DNA from: a virus
Taxonomy: Duplodnaviria > Caudoviricetes
IMG/VR virus record: IMGVR_UViG_3300010281_000272
Location: 1-30,391 of that record
Length of the DNA: 30,391 nucleotides
Reading direction: 5' to 3' (one strand)
Shown in pieces: positions 1 to 8,027 of the stretch (its first letter is position 1; each line of letters begins with the position of its first letter). The notes beneath the pieces were generated by a model. That model was not told the DNA's origin and ran no database searches. It saw only the letters and a program-made list of their open reading frames with translations. The translations under genes were made by a program, and so were the position numbers.

Positions 1-22
1 ACGCTGGCGAGGCCCATAATTC

Positions 23-62
23 AACGCCCCTGACCACAGAGGTCGGGGGCGTTTTCGTGTTT
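23..62. terminator. Intrinsic terminator hairpin, probably bidirectional
   Basis: Stem AACGCCCCTGACC (23-35), loop ACAGA, GGTCGGGGGCGTT (41-53), with a T-rich tail on the + strand; sits directly after the stop of the minus-strand gene ending at 62. Confidence 0.75.
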
Positions 63-1000
63 CAGGCCGCTTGCGGGGCCATGCGGAAAGCCGCAAGGGG
101 CAGTGTCACCGTGCCTGTGAGCCAGTCCGGGGCGAGCGGCTGGTCCGCCAGGTCGAGCCAGCAGAGGTCGGTGTCTGCCTGGACGGCTACCACGGCTCTG
201 AGCCCGGCCAGCTGGGCCGTCGCCTGGAGGGCCAGGACTCGCCGGATGGGGAGGGTGACCTCCAGGTGCCACTCCGGCGGGAGCGGCAGGATTGTGGTCA
301 GGATCAGGGCCAGTGGGCGGTCACCTCGGGCCACCCAGCAGTCCAGGGGGCTGATCGGACCATGATGGCCCACTCGATCACCGCCGAGGATTGGCGCTAG
401 GCGCCCGGCAATGGCCACCGCCCGGTCGAGTGCAGCCTGATCCCGCAGGAGCGGCTGGCCGTCCAGGTCTACCATCCGGGGCTGGCCGGGGACGGAGGCC
501 GGGCCGCTGATCTCCACCTCGGCGGTCTCCTCCGCCCGGCCCAGCAGTTGCATGGCGCTGACCCGGACCTCCAGAACAGGCTCCAGGGCGGTGGCTCCGT
601 GCCGGACCCGATAACCGTCCACCCGGCACCCGCTCACGGCACCGGGGAGGTCCGCCAGGCTGATGGACCGCACCTGGTCGTCAAACACGGCGATGAACCA
701 GGCCGGAACGCCGAGGCCAACGGAGGCCAGGTACAGGGCTGCCACTTTGCGGAGGTTCATGTAGACCGTAACGTAACTGTCGGCGGCGTGGTGCCGCCGC
801 TTGACCTCGACGGCGCCGGCCAACCGCTCGCCGGCCACGGCTAGAATGTCGATCTCTGTCAGACCACCTGGCTTGATGGCGGCCAGGCCGTGCTGGCGGA
901 GCAGAGCCGCCACCTGTCGTTCGGCGGCGGCGTCCTCCGGGGTGTTCCGGGCCCACGTACCGTCCGGGAGGCGGTAGGCCGGAACTGTATCGTATCGCAT
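62..1000 (-). CDS. PD-(D/E)XK-fold nuclease-like protein with a second, degenerate copy of the domain
   Basis: N-half has E..(helix)..EIDIL...VEVKRR, a D-Xn-EXK motif; the C-half aligns to it (PLDCWVARGDRPLALILTT) but lacks EXK; GGGGGTG RBS-like sequence before the ATG. Confidence 0.6.
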   Translation of the reverse strand: MRYDTVPAYRLPDGTWARNTPEDAAAERQVAALLRQHGLAAIKPGGLTEIDILAVAGERLAGAVEVKRRHHAADSYVTVYMNLRKVAALYLASVGLGVPAWFIAVFDDQVRSISLADLPGAVSGCRVDGYRVRHGATALEPVLEVRVSAMQLLGRAEETAEVEISGPASVPGQPRMVDLDGQPLLRDQAALDRAVAIAGRLAPILGGDRVGHHGPISPLDCWVARGDRPLALILTTILPLPPEWHLEVTLPIRRVLALQATAQLAGLRAVVAVQADTDLCWLDLADQPLAPDWLTGTVTLPLAAFRMAPQAA

Positions 1001-1109
1001 GGGTCATCACACCCCCATGCGCCTGTTTGCAACGTCAGAAAAAGGGCGAAGGTCAGGGCGATCAACAGGGCAGGCGCAGTATTATCGGACGAGTCACAGT
1101 GACTGGATC

Positions 1110-1577
1110 TCAGATGAGCCCCATCGCCATGGCCAGTTTGGACAAGGCCCTCTGCTTGATTCTAGCTGTCTGCGCCCGGCTGTAGCCGATCAGCAGGGCG
1201 GCACCCGTCAGGTTGTGGCTCTGGTCGATGTAGAGGGCCTGGATCAGCTGGTGCTCCACCGGGGCTAGGGCCTCCAGGGCGTGCTCCACGAGCCGGACCC
1301 GCTGCCAGGCCGCCCGGTACTCGGGGTCCGTATCCATCACAACCACCCGGCCCCCAGTCGGGTCGCTCACCCGTCCGACTGGACGGCTGCCGCCTACGTT
1401 CTCGCCAGCGTCCTGCCAGCCAGTGCGCTCCGTCGCGATGCACTCGCGAAGCCAGGCCAGGTGAGCCTGCCGAGCCCGGTGGTTGCGGAGCAGGTCCTCC
1501 ACTCGGCGGACCACCGCCGGATGGAGGATCGGATACGTGGATCTGTTGGTGCCCGTCGATTGCGCTGTCGCCTGCAT
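1110..1577 (-). CDS. RinA/ArpU-family late transcriptional activator (sigma70 region-4-like HTH)
   Basis: VSDPTGGRVV motif, then VEHALEALAPVEHQLIQALY...LTGAALLIGYSRAQTARIKQRALSKLA; RBS AAGGGGAAGG before ATG at 1577; follows rusA. Confidence 0.85.
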   Translation of the reverse strand: MQATAQSTGTNRSTYPILHPAVVRRVEDLLRNHRARQAHLAWLRECIATERTGWQDAGENVGGSRPVGRVSDPTGGRVVVMDTDPEYRAAWQRVRLVEHALEALAPVEHQLIQALYIDQSHNLTGAALLIGYSRAQTARIKQRALSKLAMAMGLI

Positions 1578-1699
1578 GATATACCTTCCCCTTTCGCCGC
1601 TAATGTCGTGTCGTATACGACACACACGGCCCAAAAAATATAACCGTGGCGTCTCTTCTTAGTTTCGAGTATACATCATTTTCGTATCACTGGCAATGG

Positions 1700-2179
1700 C
1701 TAGATGAGAAATATCTGGATTTCCGTCCGGGGCTGGCCTCCCTTTTCTACGTACCATTTCCCCATGGCGCCGTACCCCACGATCATGGAGTCGTCCATCC
1801 AGGCCGTGCCGTTCAAAGCGTCCTCCAACCCTTTAATCAAGTTGCTGAGGTCCGGCCGACCTGTGTGCCAGATCGGGCCGTCTGGGGCTCGCCTGCTCAG
1901 GAGCCGCTTGGGGCGGCTGAAGTAGAAACTGGCAGACAGGATGATGGGACAATCGAGTGGGCGCAGGCCGGCCTGGCGTGCCGCTACCTGGAGTGCGGCC
2001 CGGTAGCTCCAGATCGGGTGGTCGCTGGGGAGGTAGCTGGTGGTGATGGTCTTGCCGCTCCGTGTCCGGTGGCTGGCGTGGCGGTAGCGGGGCTGGGCCA
2101 CGGGCTCGCCGGGGATGACCAGGGACACAACCGGACGGGCCAGGATCGAGGGAGCCAGAGCATGTGCGGTCGCTGTCAT
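1700..2179 (-). CDS. rusA: RusA-family Holliday junction resolvase
   Basis: IPGEPVAQPRYR N-terminus; RPDLSNLIKGLEDALNGTAWMDDSMIV catalytic motif; RBS AGGAGAG. Confidence 0.93.
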   Translation of the reverse strand: MTATAHALAPSILARPVVSLVIPGEPVAQPRYRHASHRTRSGKTITTSYLPSDHPIWSYRAALQVAARQAGLRPLDCPIILSASFYFSRPKRLLSRRAPDGPIWHTGRPDLSNLIKGLEDALNGTAWMDDSMIVGYGAMGKWYVEKGGQPRTEIQIFLI

Positions 2180-2198
2180 GGCTGATCACTCTCCTGCC

Positions 2199-3551
2199 TT
2201 AATGATGGAGGTCGAGGTCGTAGAAGCGGACACGCGCAGGGTCGAAGCCTAGTTTGACGACGCCTGTCCGGCCGTTGCGATGCTTGCCGATGATCACCTC
2301 GGCCACACCGGGGATGGCGCCGGGGTTGTAGTAGTCATCCCGGTACATCAGCAGGACCAAATCGGCGTCTTGCTCGATCACGCCGGAGTCGCGGAGGTCC
2401 GAAAGCATGGGCCGATGGTCTGGGCGGGTTTCTACAGCACGGGACAGCTGGCTGATGACGATGATGTGGGCGCCAGTCTCACGGGCCAGCTGTTTCAGGC
2501 ATCGGCTGATCTCGCCGACTTCGTTGTTTCGGTTCCCAGCGTACCTGTCGCCCGCGTTGATGAACTGCAGATAGTCAACTAGCACCAGATCAACCTTGCC
2601 CCACCGCCGCTGTGCCTGGAGGACAGAGCGCCGGATGTCCTGGACCGAACGGGCCTTGTCGTCGATCGCGAAGGCGCTCTGCATCAAGGCGCTGACTCGC
2701 CGCTCCGCCTCGTCCCACTCCTGTGGCGTCACTAACCTGCCGCGAATTCGCGAGGCGTCGAGCCCACCGACAGAGGAGAGCATCCGCCGCACGATCTGCT
2801 TGGCGGGCATTTCCAGGCTGCAGAAGACCACCTTGCCACCCCGGAGTGCCACCCGCTCACCGATGTTTTGGGCCAGCGTCGTTTTGCCCATGGAGGGGCG
2901 GGCTGCAATGATGGTCATTTCACCGGGCGGCATCCCCTGGATATGAGCGTCCAGGTCCGGGAAACCGCAGGCCAGACCGTCCAGTTCGCCAGGCTTAGCC
3001 CTCCGGCCTTCGGCGATGACTTCCGCTAGAACGTCGCCTGCCATGGCCAGAGTGTTCTCCCGTCCAGTGTCGATGGTGGCCGTGGCGTTGGTGATCAGGG
3101 CCTCTGCTTCGGCGGCGTACTGCTCGATCTCCAGTTCCCTCGTGGCGGCCAGTTTCGCCAGATTTCGGGCCGCATCCAGCAGACGCTGGCGGACGGAGTA
3201 CCGCTTGATGACCTCGCACATGGTCTCCACGGGCTCGTCGGACAGCACGTTGTGCTGGATTGCGTGCAGGGCCTTGGTCAGGTCGCCGAGACCTGTAGGC
3301 GCCGTGCCCGCCCGGCGCATCTCCTCTGCCACCGACAGGGGGGAGGGCTGGGCGCCACGTCGAACGAGCGCAGAGATTGCTGACCAGACATCACGGGCCG
3401 GGAGCCCGCCGACGGTGATGGCGGGGATGTCCTCTGGGACGACCAGTTCGGCTGCCGTCTCGGCGGCTGCCGTCGAAGTCATGGCGGCGGCGGTCAAGGG
3501 CTCCAGAACCGCCACAACAGGGTCAACCGGGACTGAGAACTTGACTGTCAT
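2199..3551 (-). CDS. dnaB: Replicative DnaB-family helicase
   Basis: Walker A AARPSMGKT, SLEM, LVLVDYLQ, ISQLSR, RPMLSDLRDSGVIEQDAD, KHRNG; start placed at ATG 3551 after RBS AAGGAG. Confidence 0.96.
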   Translation of the reverse strand: MTVKFSVPVDPVVAVLEPLTAAAMTSTAAAETAAELVVPEDIPAITVGGLPARDVWSAISALVRRGAQPSPLSVAEEMRRAGTAPTGLGDLTKALHAIQHNVLSDEPVETMCEVIKRYSVRQRLLDAARNLAKLAATRELEIEQYAAEAEALITNATATIDTGRENTLAMAGDVLAEVIAEGRRAKPGELDGLACGFPDLDAHIQGMPPGEMTIIAARPSMGKTTLAQNIGERVALRGGKVVFCSLEMPAKQIVRRMLSSVGGLDASRIRGRLVTPQEWDEAERRVSALMQSAFAIDDKARSVQDIRRSVLQAQRRWGKVDLVLVDYLQFINAGDRYAGNRNNEVGEISRCLKQLARETGAHIIVISQLSRAVETRPDHRPMLSDLRDSGVIEQDADLVLLMYRDDYYNPGAIPGVAEVIIGKHRNGRTGVVKLGFDPARVRFYDLDLHH

Positions 3552-3556
3552 GGCAA

Positions 3557-4528
3557 CTACGCTCCTTTCCAATACTGCTGCTGCTGGCGCAGAACTTCCT
3601 GGAGTTCAAACACCGTCGAGTCTGGCTCAGGCAGGGGCTGGGGGGCTGGATTCTGACGCTTGGGTCGGGCATGGTTCCTGCGGAACTGGGCCCAGAGTGT
3701 GTCGTTCTGTAGGCCCTTGACGTTGGTGATCCTACTGGCCCAGAACTCGTCCTGCCTGGCCCAGTCCCAGCATGCGATGCAGTCTGCCAGGGTCCTGGTC
3801 TGGAGCAGGACCTCCGCTGCTCGGAGGTTCTGGGTCATCCACCGGGGCCAGCCGCAGGCTGGGGGCTCAGGGAGGGTCTGTCGGACGTGTGCTACCAGCG
3901 CCCTGGCGGCCTCGCTGTGCTTCGGGGTGTCATCGGTCTTGCGCCGCCTCTTCGGGGCTGGCACGGCCGCCTCAGACTCATTTTTGGCCTTCCGCTGGCG
4001 CTCTGGCTTGGTTGACGCGGGTGGAGCGGCTGGCGGCTCGTCCAGGGGGAGGGTGATCTGGGTTTCCTCGGCGGCGGCTCCTTTCCTCACTGGCGCCCAC
4101 GGCGGATGGATGCGCCAGACCCGTGTACCGCCTGGCTTGTTGTACCGTCCGGTGTCCTCCACCAGGCCGACCCGCTCCAGTTCCCGCATGCGGCGCCGGA
4201 CGGTGTTGTTATTCCGGTCGTCGATGTTCAGGTAGTGTGAGATCCTGGAGTAGGACGGCCACGACTCGCTATCGCTGTTCATATGCCTCGTTAGGGCTAG
4301 GTACACACCCAGCGACTCAGCATCCAACCGGTATCCGTGGTCCTGCCGGATCACCTGTCTACCGTCGGCATCAACGGCGCCGATCCGGTCACCGGGGATG
4401 GCCAGGAGGTAGTCCAGGATGTGCCTCGAGCCTGCGGCAAATACGAGTTCGCACATCGTTGTCACCACCATTACTACAGGTAAATTCTTGATGGGTGGGT
4501 GTGGGTGGCTTGGATCAGCCACCCTCAC
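3557..4528 (-). CDS. Phage replication initiator / replisome organiser (N-terminal winged HTH); start uncertain
   Basis: LGVYLAL...ESWPSYSRISHYLNI...TVRRRMRELERVGLV wHTH; Pro/Ala/Lys linker; C-terminal DEFWASRITNVKGL domain; immediately upstream of dnaB. Confidence 0.8.
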   Translation of the reverse strand: MRVADPSHPHPPIKNLPVVMVVTTMCELVFAAGSRHILDYLLAIPGDRIGAVDADGRQVIRQDHGYRLDAESLGVYLALTRHMNSDSESWPSYSRISHYLNIDDRNNNTVRRRMRELERVGLVEDTGRYNKPGGTRVWRIHPPWAPVRKGAAAEETQITLPLDEPPAAPPASTKPERQRKAKNESEAAVPAPKRRRKTDDTPKHSEAARALVAHVRQTLPEPPACGWPRWMTQNLRAAEVLLQTRTLADCIACWDWARQDEFWASRITNVKGLQNDTLWAQFRRNHARPKRQNPAPQPLPEPDSTVFELQEVLRQQQQYWKGA

Positions 4529-4533
4529 TCGGT

Positions 4534-4752
4534 CTAGCAGGCACGGGCGTCATGGCTGTCACCGTCGAGCAGGTCAGCCACCGAGCACCCGAGCGCCGAG
4601 GCCAGCCGGAGCAGGATGGTCGTCGAGGGGTTGCTCCGGCGTCCGCTCATGAGGAGCGAGATGTATGCGGGAGTGCAACCCGCCCGTCGGGCCAGTTCTG
4701 CGGCGGTCATATCGGCTCGCACCATCTGGTTATACAGGGTGTGGCGTAGCAT
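4534..4752 (-). CDS. Cro-like XRE HTH regulator (72 aa)
   Basis: MTAAELARRAGCTPAYISLLMSGRRSNPSTTILLRLASALGCSVADLL; RBS GGAGG before ATG 4752; first gene of the early arm, divergent from the repressor. Confidence 0.9.
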   Translation of the reverse strand: MLRHTLYNQMVRADMTAAELARRAGCTPAYISLLMSGRRSNPSTTILLRLASALGCSVADLLDGDSHDARAC

Positions 4753-4869
4753 TTTGAGATCGCCTCCATCCGTTTGTCCGTACCATTGATTACCTTCCGT
4801 TAAGGAGAGTGTATCGCGCACGACACGAAAATGCAATAAGCAAATGCGGTCACACCACAAAAATCTTCT

Positions 4870-4949
4870 TGTCAAGGCTGGTTTTGCGTTTGTCAACTCT
4901 AGTTTTTTGACATTATCCTCTGGTCAACGCTAAGGGTGTGTGCTACACT
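4870..4949. promoter_or_regulatory. Genetic switch region: operator-like direct repeats and a rightward repressor promoter
   Basis: GTCAAGGCTGG (4871), GTCAACTCTAG (4892), GTCAACGCTAA (4923); TGGTCA-17 bp-TACACT with extended -10 TG (4921-4949); TTGACA at 4907. Confidence 0.6.
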
Positions 4950-4989
4950 TAACATGGAAGTTGCAAGTTCGGGTTCGGAGGTGGACGGG

Positions 4990-5541
4990 GTGACGTTCCC
5001 GGATCGCCTGCGCAGGGTTCACGAGCGCGCAGGCTTCAGCTTGCGCGAGGCCGCCGCCAGGAGCGGAGGCGCCTTCACCTTTGCGTACCTAAACAAACTC
5101 ATGAAGGGAGAACACACTCCGACGCTGGACATGCTCACCGTCCTGGCTCGGCTGTACGGAACCACAGTCGAATATCTGAGGGACGGCCGGGTAGAGGTCG
5201 ATCTGCTGGCCGCCCTGATCCGTGATCCGCAGTATCGAAGTATGGGGATGGCGGCGCCGCATGACCGAGCCTTGGGCGTGGCGCTCCTCGCGGCTACCAG
5301 GTATTCCGGGCACCTACGGACCGAAGACCAGGCCGCATATCTGGGGCTGTCGGAGGAGGAGTACCGGGCACAGCTGCACGGCCGGGCGCCACTCACCGAT
5401 GACACACTCCGCGGCCTGGCCCGCCTGACTGGCGTCCCAGTCGGCTGGCTGAGGATCGGGCACTGGTACTGGATTCTGCCGGAGGACGCACAGGCGGACT
5501 GGACTGCCGTGGCGCAAGTGCTGGCGCAAGCCAAAAAGTAA
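4990..5541 (+). CDS. CI-like repressor with two tandem XRE HTH domains
   Basis: HTH1 FPDRLRRVHERAGFSLREAA...PTLDMLTVLARLYGTTVEYL; HTH2 TEDQAAYLGLSEEEY...LTDDTLRGLARLTGVPVGWL; RBS GGAGGTG before GTG 4990. Confidence 0.85.
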   Translation: MTFPDRLRRVHERAGFSLREAAARSGGAFTFAYLNKLMKGEHTPTLDMLTVLARLYGTTVEYLRDGRVEVDLLAALIRDPQYRSMGMAAPHDRALGVALLAATRYSGHLRTEDQAAYLGLSEEEYRAQLHGRAPLTDDTLRGLARLTGVPVGWLRIGHWYWILPEDAQADWTAVAQVLAQAKK

Positions 5542-5549
5542 GCCCCCAC

Positions 5550-5879
5550 CTAAGCGGCGGGGGTCTCGATCTGCCGGAGCAGGCGGTCTGCGGTGTCGAT
5601 GGCCTCCAGATCCGGCGGGTAGCCAGCAGGGAGCGGAGCCTGGTCTCTGGCCGCCAGCACCAGGCACTGCTGGGCCAGGCGAGCGGCTGTGCCGGCCAGG
5701 GCCAGGTGACCGATCAGGGCCTGGTACTGGGCCAGGGTCAGCAGGGCCAGGCCAGCATCTCGGGTGCAGTGGGCGGCGGCGGCACGTTCTGCGGCCTCGT
5801 GGGCCAGAGCGGCAGCTGGGAGCCAGTGCCCATCCGCCAACGCCCGCAGGTGGGCCAGGGTCAAGGCGGTAAGATCCAT
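5550..5879 (-). CDS. Hypothetical Ala/Leu-rich helical (TPR-like) protein, 109 aa
   Basis: RBS GGAGGGA before ATG 5879; upstream ATGACA-18-TATGAT promoter-like sequence (5928-5899, minus strand). Confidence 0.6.
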   Translation of the reverse strand: MDLTALTLAHLRALADGHWLPAAALAHEAAERAAAAHCTRDAGLALLTLAQYQALIGHLALAGTAARLAQQCLVLAARDQAPLPAGYPPDLEAIDTADRLLRQIETPAA

Positions 5880-5975
5880 GGCAATCCCTCCGAGTCTAAT
5901 CATACCAACTTGATGTAGTTGTTGTCATTTCCATCAGCCGTTGATTATTAGGCTTGACATTCTCAGCAGACCCCC

Positions 5976-6228
5976 TATCAGTGTGATAGCCCTATCCATG
6001 TGATAGGAGGTGGGGCCTATCACACAGATAGCCCCCCCTATCACAGGGATAGCCGAAGATATTAAAAGAAGATACCCATATACAGTAGCGCGCGGGGAAC
6101 TGGGAACCACCGAAAGGTCCGGCTTCGCCGGACAGTACCCCCAGCTAGGCCCTGCTGGGGAGGCGCCGTGACGATCTCCAGCAGGGCGGCCCTAAAGGCA
6201 CCACGAGCGGCGTAGCCGCTCCTTTCGG
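5976..6228 (+). repeat. Origin-like module copy 1: four TATC-N5-GATA boxes, AT-rich segment, four-way-junction fold
   Basis: Boxes at 5976, 5993, 6018, 6039; core 6053-6228 is visibly homologous to 9598-9780 and to the reverse complement of 28099-28285. Confidence 0.9.
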
Positions 6229-6314
6229 CTGGTCCAGAACCCGCAGCACAAATGTCGCACAAATGTTCTGCAGATAGACGCCGATCTGGCGTCCACGTAA
6301 GGGAGGTTGATCCT

Positions 6315-6692
6315 GTGACCACGATCTTGTCTCTGGCTGTCGCCGTTCCGGCTGGCTTGGCCGCCTGGCGGCTCGTGACCCCGCTTAGCCTTGCCGTGTT
6401 TTGGGTCTGTGGTGGCCGAAGGACGGCCTCCGGCACCGTGGGCAGGTGGCTGGCCCTCTCGGCCGGGGTGCTGGCTCCGACGGGCCTTATAGCCGCAATC
6501 TGGGCCGTTCTGTTGAACGACCCCACCACCTGGACGGCCCCGCAACCGTACCACCTCGTCCTGATGATGGTGTCCATCGGCCTCTCGCTCGGGTACTTCT
6601 CCAGCCGGCGGCGCCCCGGTACCGTGATCTGGCGGTGGCGGCATGAGCACGCGATCATAATGGAGAGGCGGGCTCAGAGGAGAGGGCTGTGA
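6315..6692 (+). CDS. Hypothetical membrane protein (about 3 TM segments), 125 aa
   Basis: RBS GGGAGGT before GTG 6315; long hydrophobic stretches and a basic C-terminal tail. Confidence 0.65.
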   Translation: MTTILSLAVAVPAGLAAWRLVTPLSLAVFWVCGGRRTASGTVGRWLALSAGVLAPTGLIAAIWAVLLNDPTTWTAPQPYHLVLMMVSIGLSLGYFSSRRRPGTVIWRWRHEHAIIMERRAQRRGL

Positions 6693-6935
6693 TGGTGCGC
6701 AGGTACGAGACGACCGCTCGGCAGCGCAGGCCGGGCGGTCATTTTGCGTGTGGCATTTCCGGTGTCATCCTCGCCTGGTGTCTTGGTAGGTTAGAGCGGC
6801 TGGCAAAACACGAAGCCCCGACAGGCGCGAGCGGCGCAAGCCGATTCGGTGTATACGCAGCCCTGATTTGCCAGCCGCCAAACCCGCTGACCCGCACCGC
6901 GCCTGGCTTGTGGGCATCGGTCCTCTTTCCCCGGC

Positions 6936-7041
6936 GTGGAACCCCCTGGTGGAAAGAGGTGTGGAAACGCCTGTGGAAAATTGCGTGGAAATCCCCGTGG
7001 AAGACTGCGTGGAAAAACCTGTGGAAATCAGCGTGGAAAAT
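6936..7041 (+). repeat. Phased array of nine GTGGAA (DnaA-box-like) motifs
   Basis: GTGGAA at 6936, 6949, 6961, 6973, 6985, 6997, 7009, 7021, 7033; exact 12-bp period except the first gap (13 bp); TGTGGAAAA at 6972 matches the reverse complement of TTWTNCACA. Confidence 0.85.
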
Positions 7042-7232
7042 GGTCAGGCCACGGCCTTGCGGGTGTGTATACACTGCCGAAGCCACATGTGGACAGGGTT
7101 TGGGCCTCGCATGTATACGATTGGGCTCTGGGGTGCCGTCTTGGGGTCACTTTCCCGGTCTATCTGTCGCTGTGTATACATCCGGACGGCTGACCACAGG
7201 CGACCTTGCGGTCGGTCTGTGTACATCCACGG

Positions 7233-7856
7233 TCACTGTATCCTGGCGAGAATGCGCAGGTGGTGTAGGTAGGCCCAGATGATGGCCGGTGCCAGGTCCT
7301 GCGTGGCCCCCTGGCGGCAACGGACCAAATCGTGGCACAGGTCGGCGACCAGGGAGGTGACTCCAGCCTGATAGGTGGATAGCTGGTCATACTGCATCTG
7401 CTCCGCCAAAGGCTCGGCGTAGGCCGGGTCACTGATGATCCGGCTGGCCCACGCCCGGACGGCTGGGTGGATAGTACCTGGCGGGTGGATCTTGAGCAGG
7501 TGGCACAGTATGGTGACGGCTATGGCCGCTACATCAGTCTGGGTCATGGGGGCGGTCCGATCCGTGACGACCCACTCCGCCAGGCGATCGGTGCAGATCC
7601 GGCGGATGATCTGCTCCACAGCCTGGCGGGCGCCCTGGTCGTCGCCGTCATCCGTGGTCACCCGGAGGCAAGCGTCCGGGGCCAGTATCTCCATCGGACG
7701 GGAGACCCGGACGGCCACCTCTGCGCCGGGGTACGCCGCGCACAGCTCCTGTCGGATCAGATCAGCCAGGGTGTCGGCGGAGGCCCACAGCGACACGCCG
7801 GGGGCGTCCGGCACCAGGCGGGCGGGGTAAACGACGTAATCGATGCGCTGGATCAT
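7233..7856 (-). CDS. Hypothetical protein, 207 aa
   Basis: RBS GAGGAGGG before ATG; globular-looking composition; no family recognised. Confidence 0.7.
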   Translation of the reverse strand: MIQRIDYVVYPARLVPDAPGVSLWASADTLADLIRQELCAAYPGAEVAVRVSRPMEILAPDACLRVTTDDGDDQGARQAVEQIIRRICTDRLAEWVVTDRTAPMTQTDVAAIAVTILCHLLKIHPPGTIHPAVRAWASRIISDPAYAEPLAEQMQYDQLSTYQAGVTSLVADLCHDLVRCRQGATQDLAPAIIWAYLHHLRILARIQ

Positions 7857-8027
7857 GGCAGCCCTCCTCTCAGAAACGACACACCCGGCCCCGTGTGGGA
7901 CCGGGTAACACTTCTCTGCGGTTCAGCCTGAATCCTCGGTATCCTCAATGATGGCCGGGCCCGTGCCCACCCGGACGATGTTGCCTCATTTCTGGCTCGG
8001 CCCCGTTGTGGAGCCGGGCGGTGCTTG

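Noticed and set aside
6053-6228. Retron msr-msd, DGR template or tRNA reading of the repeated fold
   Set aside because: No reverse transcriptase in the window, no adenine-specific mismatch pattern between copies, and no tRNA T-loop, anticodon arm geometry or CCA end.
5976-6228. IS or MITE interpretation of the three modules
   Set aside because: No terminal inverted repeats, target-site duplications or transposase seen; mobilisation in trans by an HUH enzyme cannot be excluded.
6936-7041. CRISPR array
   Set aside because: A 6-bp repeat at a 12-bp period is far too short, and no cas genes are present.
6689-7282. ORFs with WKxx, VExx or FHxx peptide repeats in three frames
   Set aside because: All derive from the same GTGGAA DNA repeat; the first unit is 13 bp off and breaks frame, and codons lack synonymous variation. 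The TGATG overlap and RBS at 6692 mean a real gene is not fully excluded.
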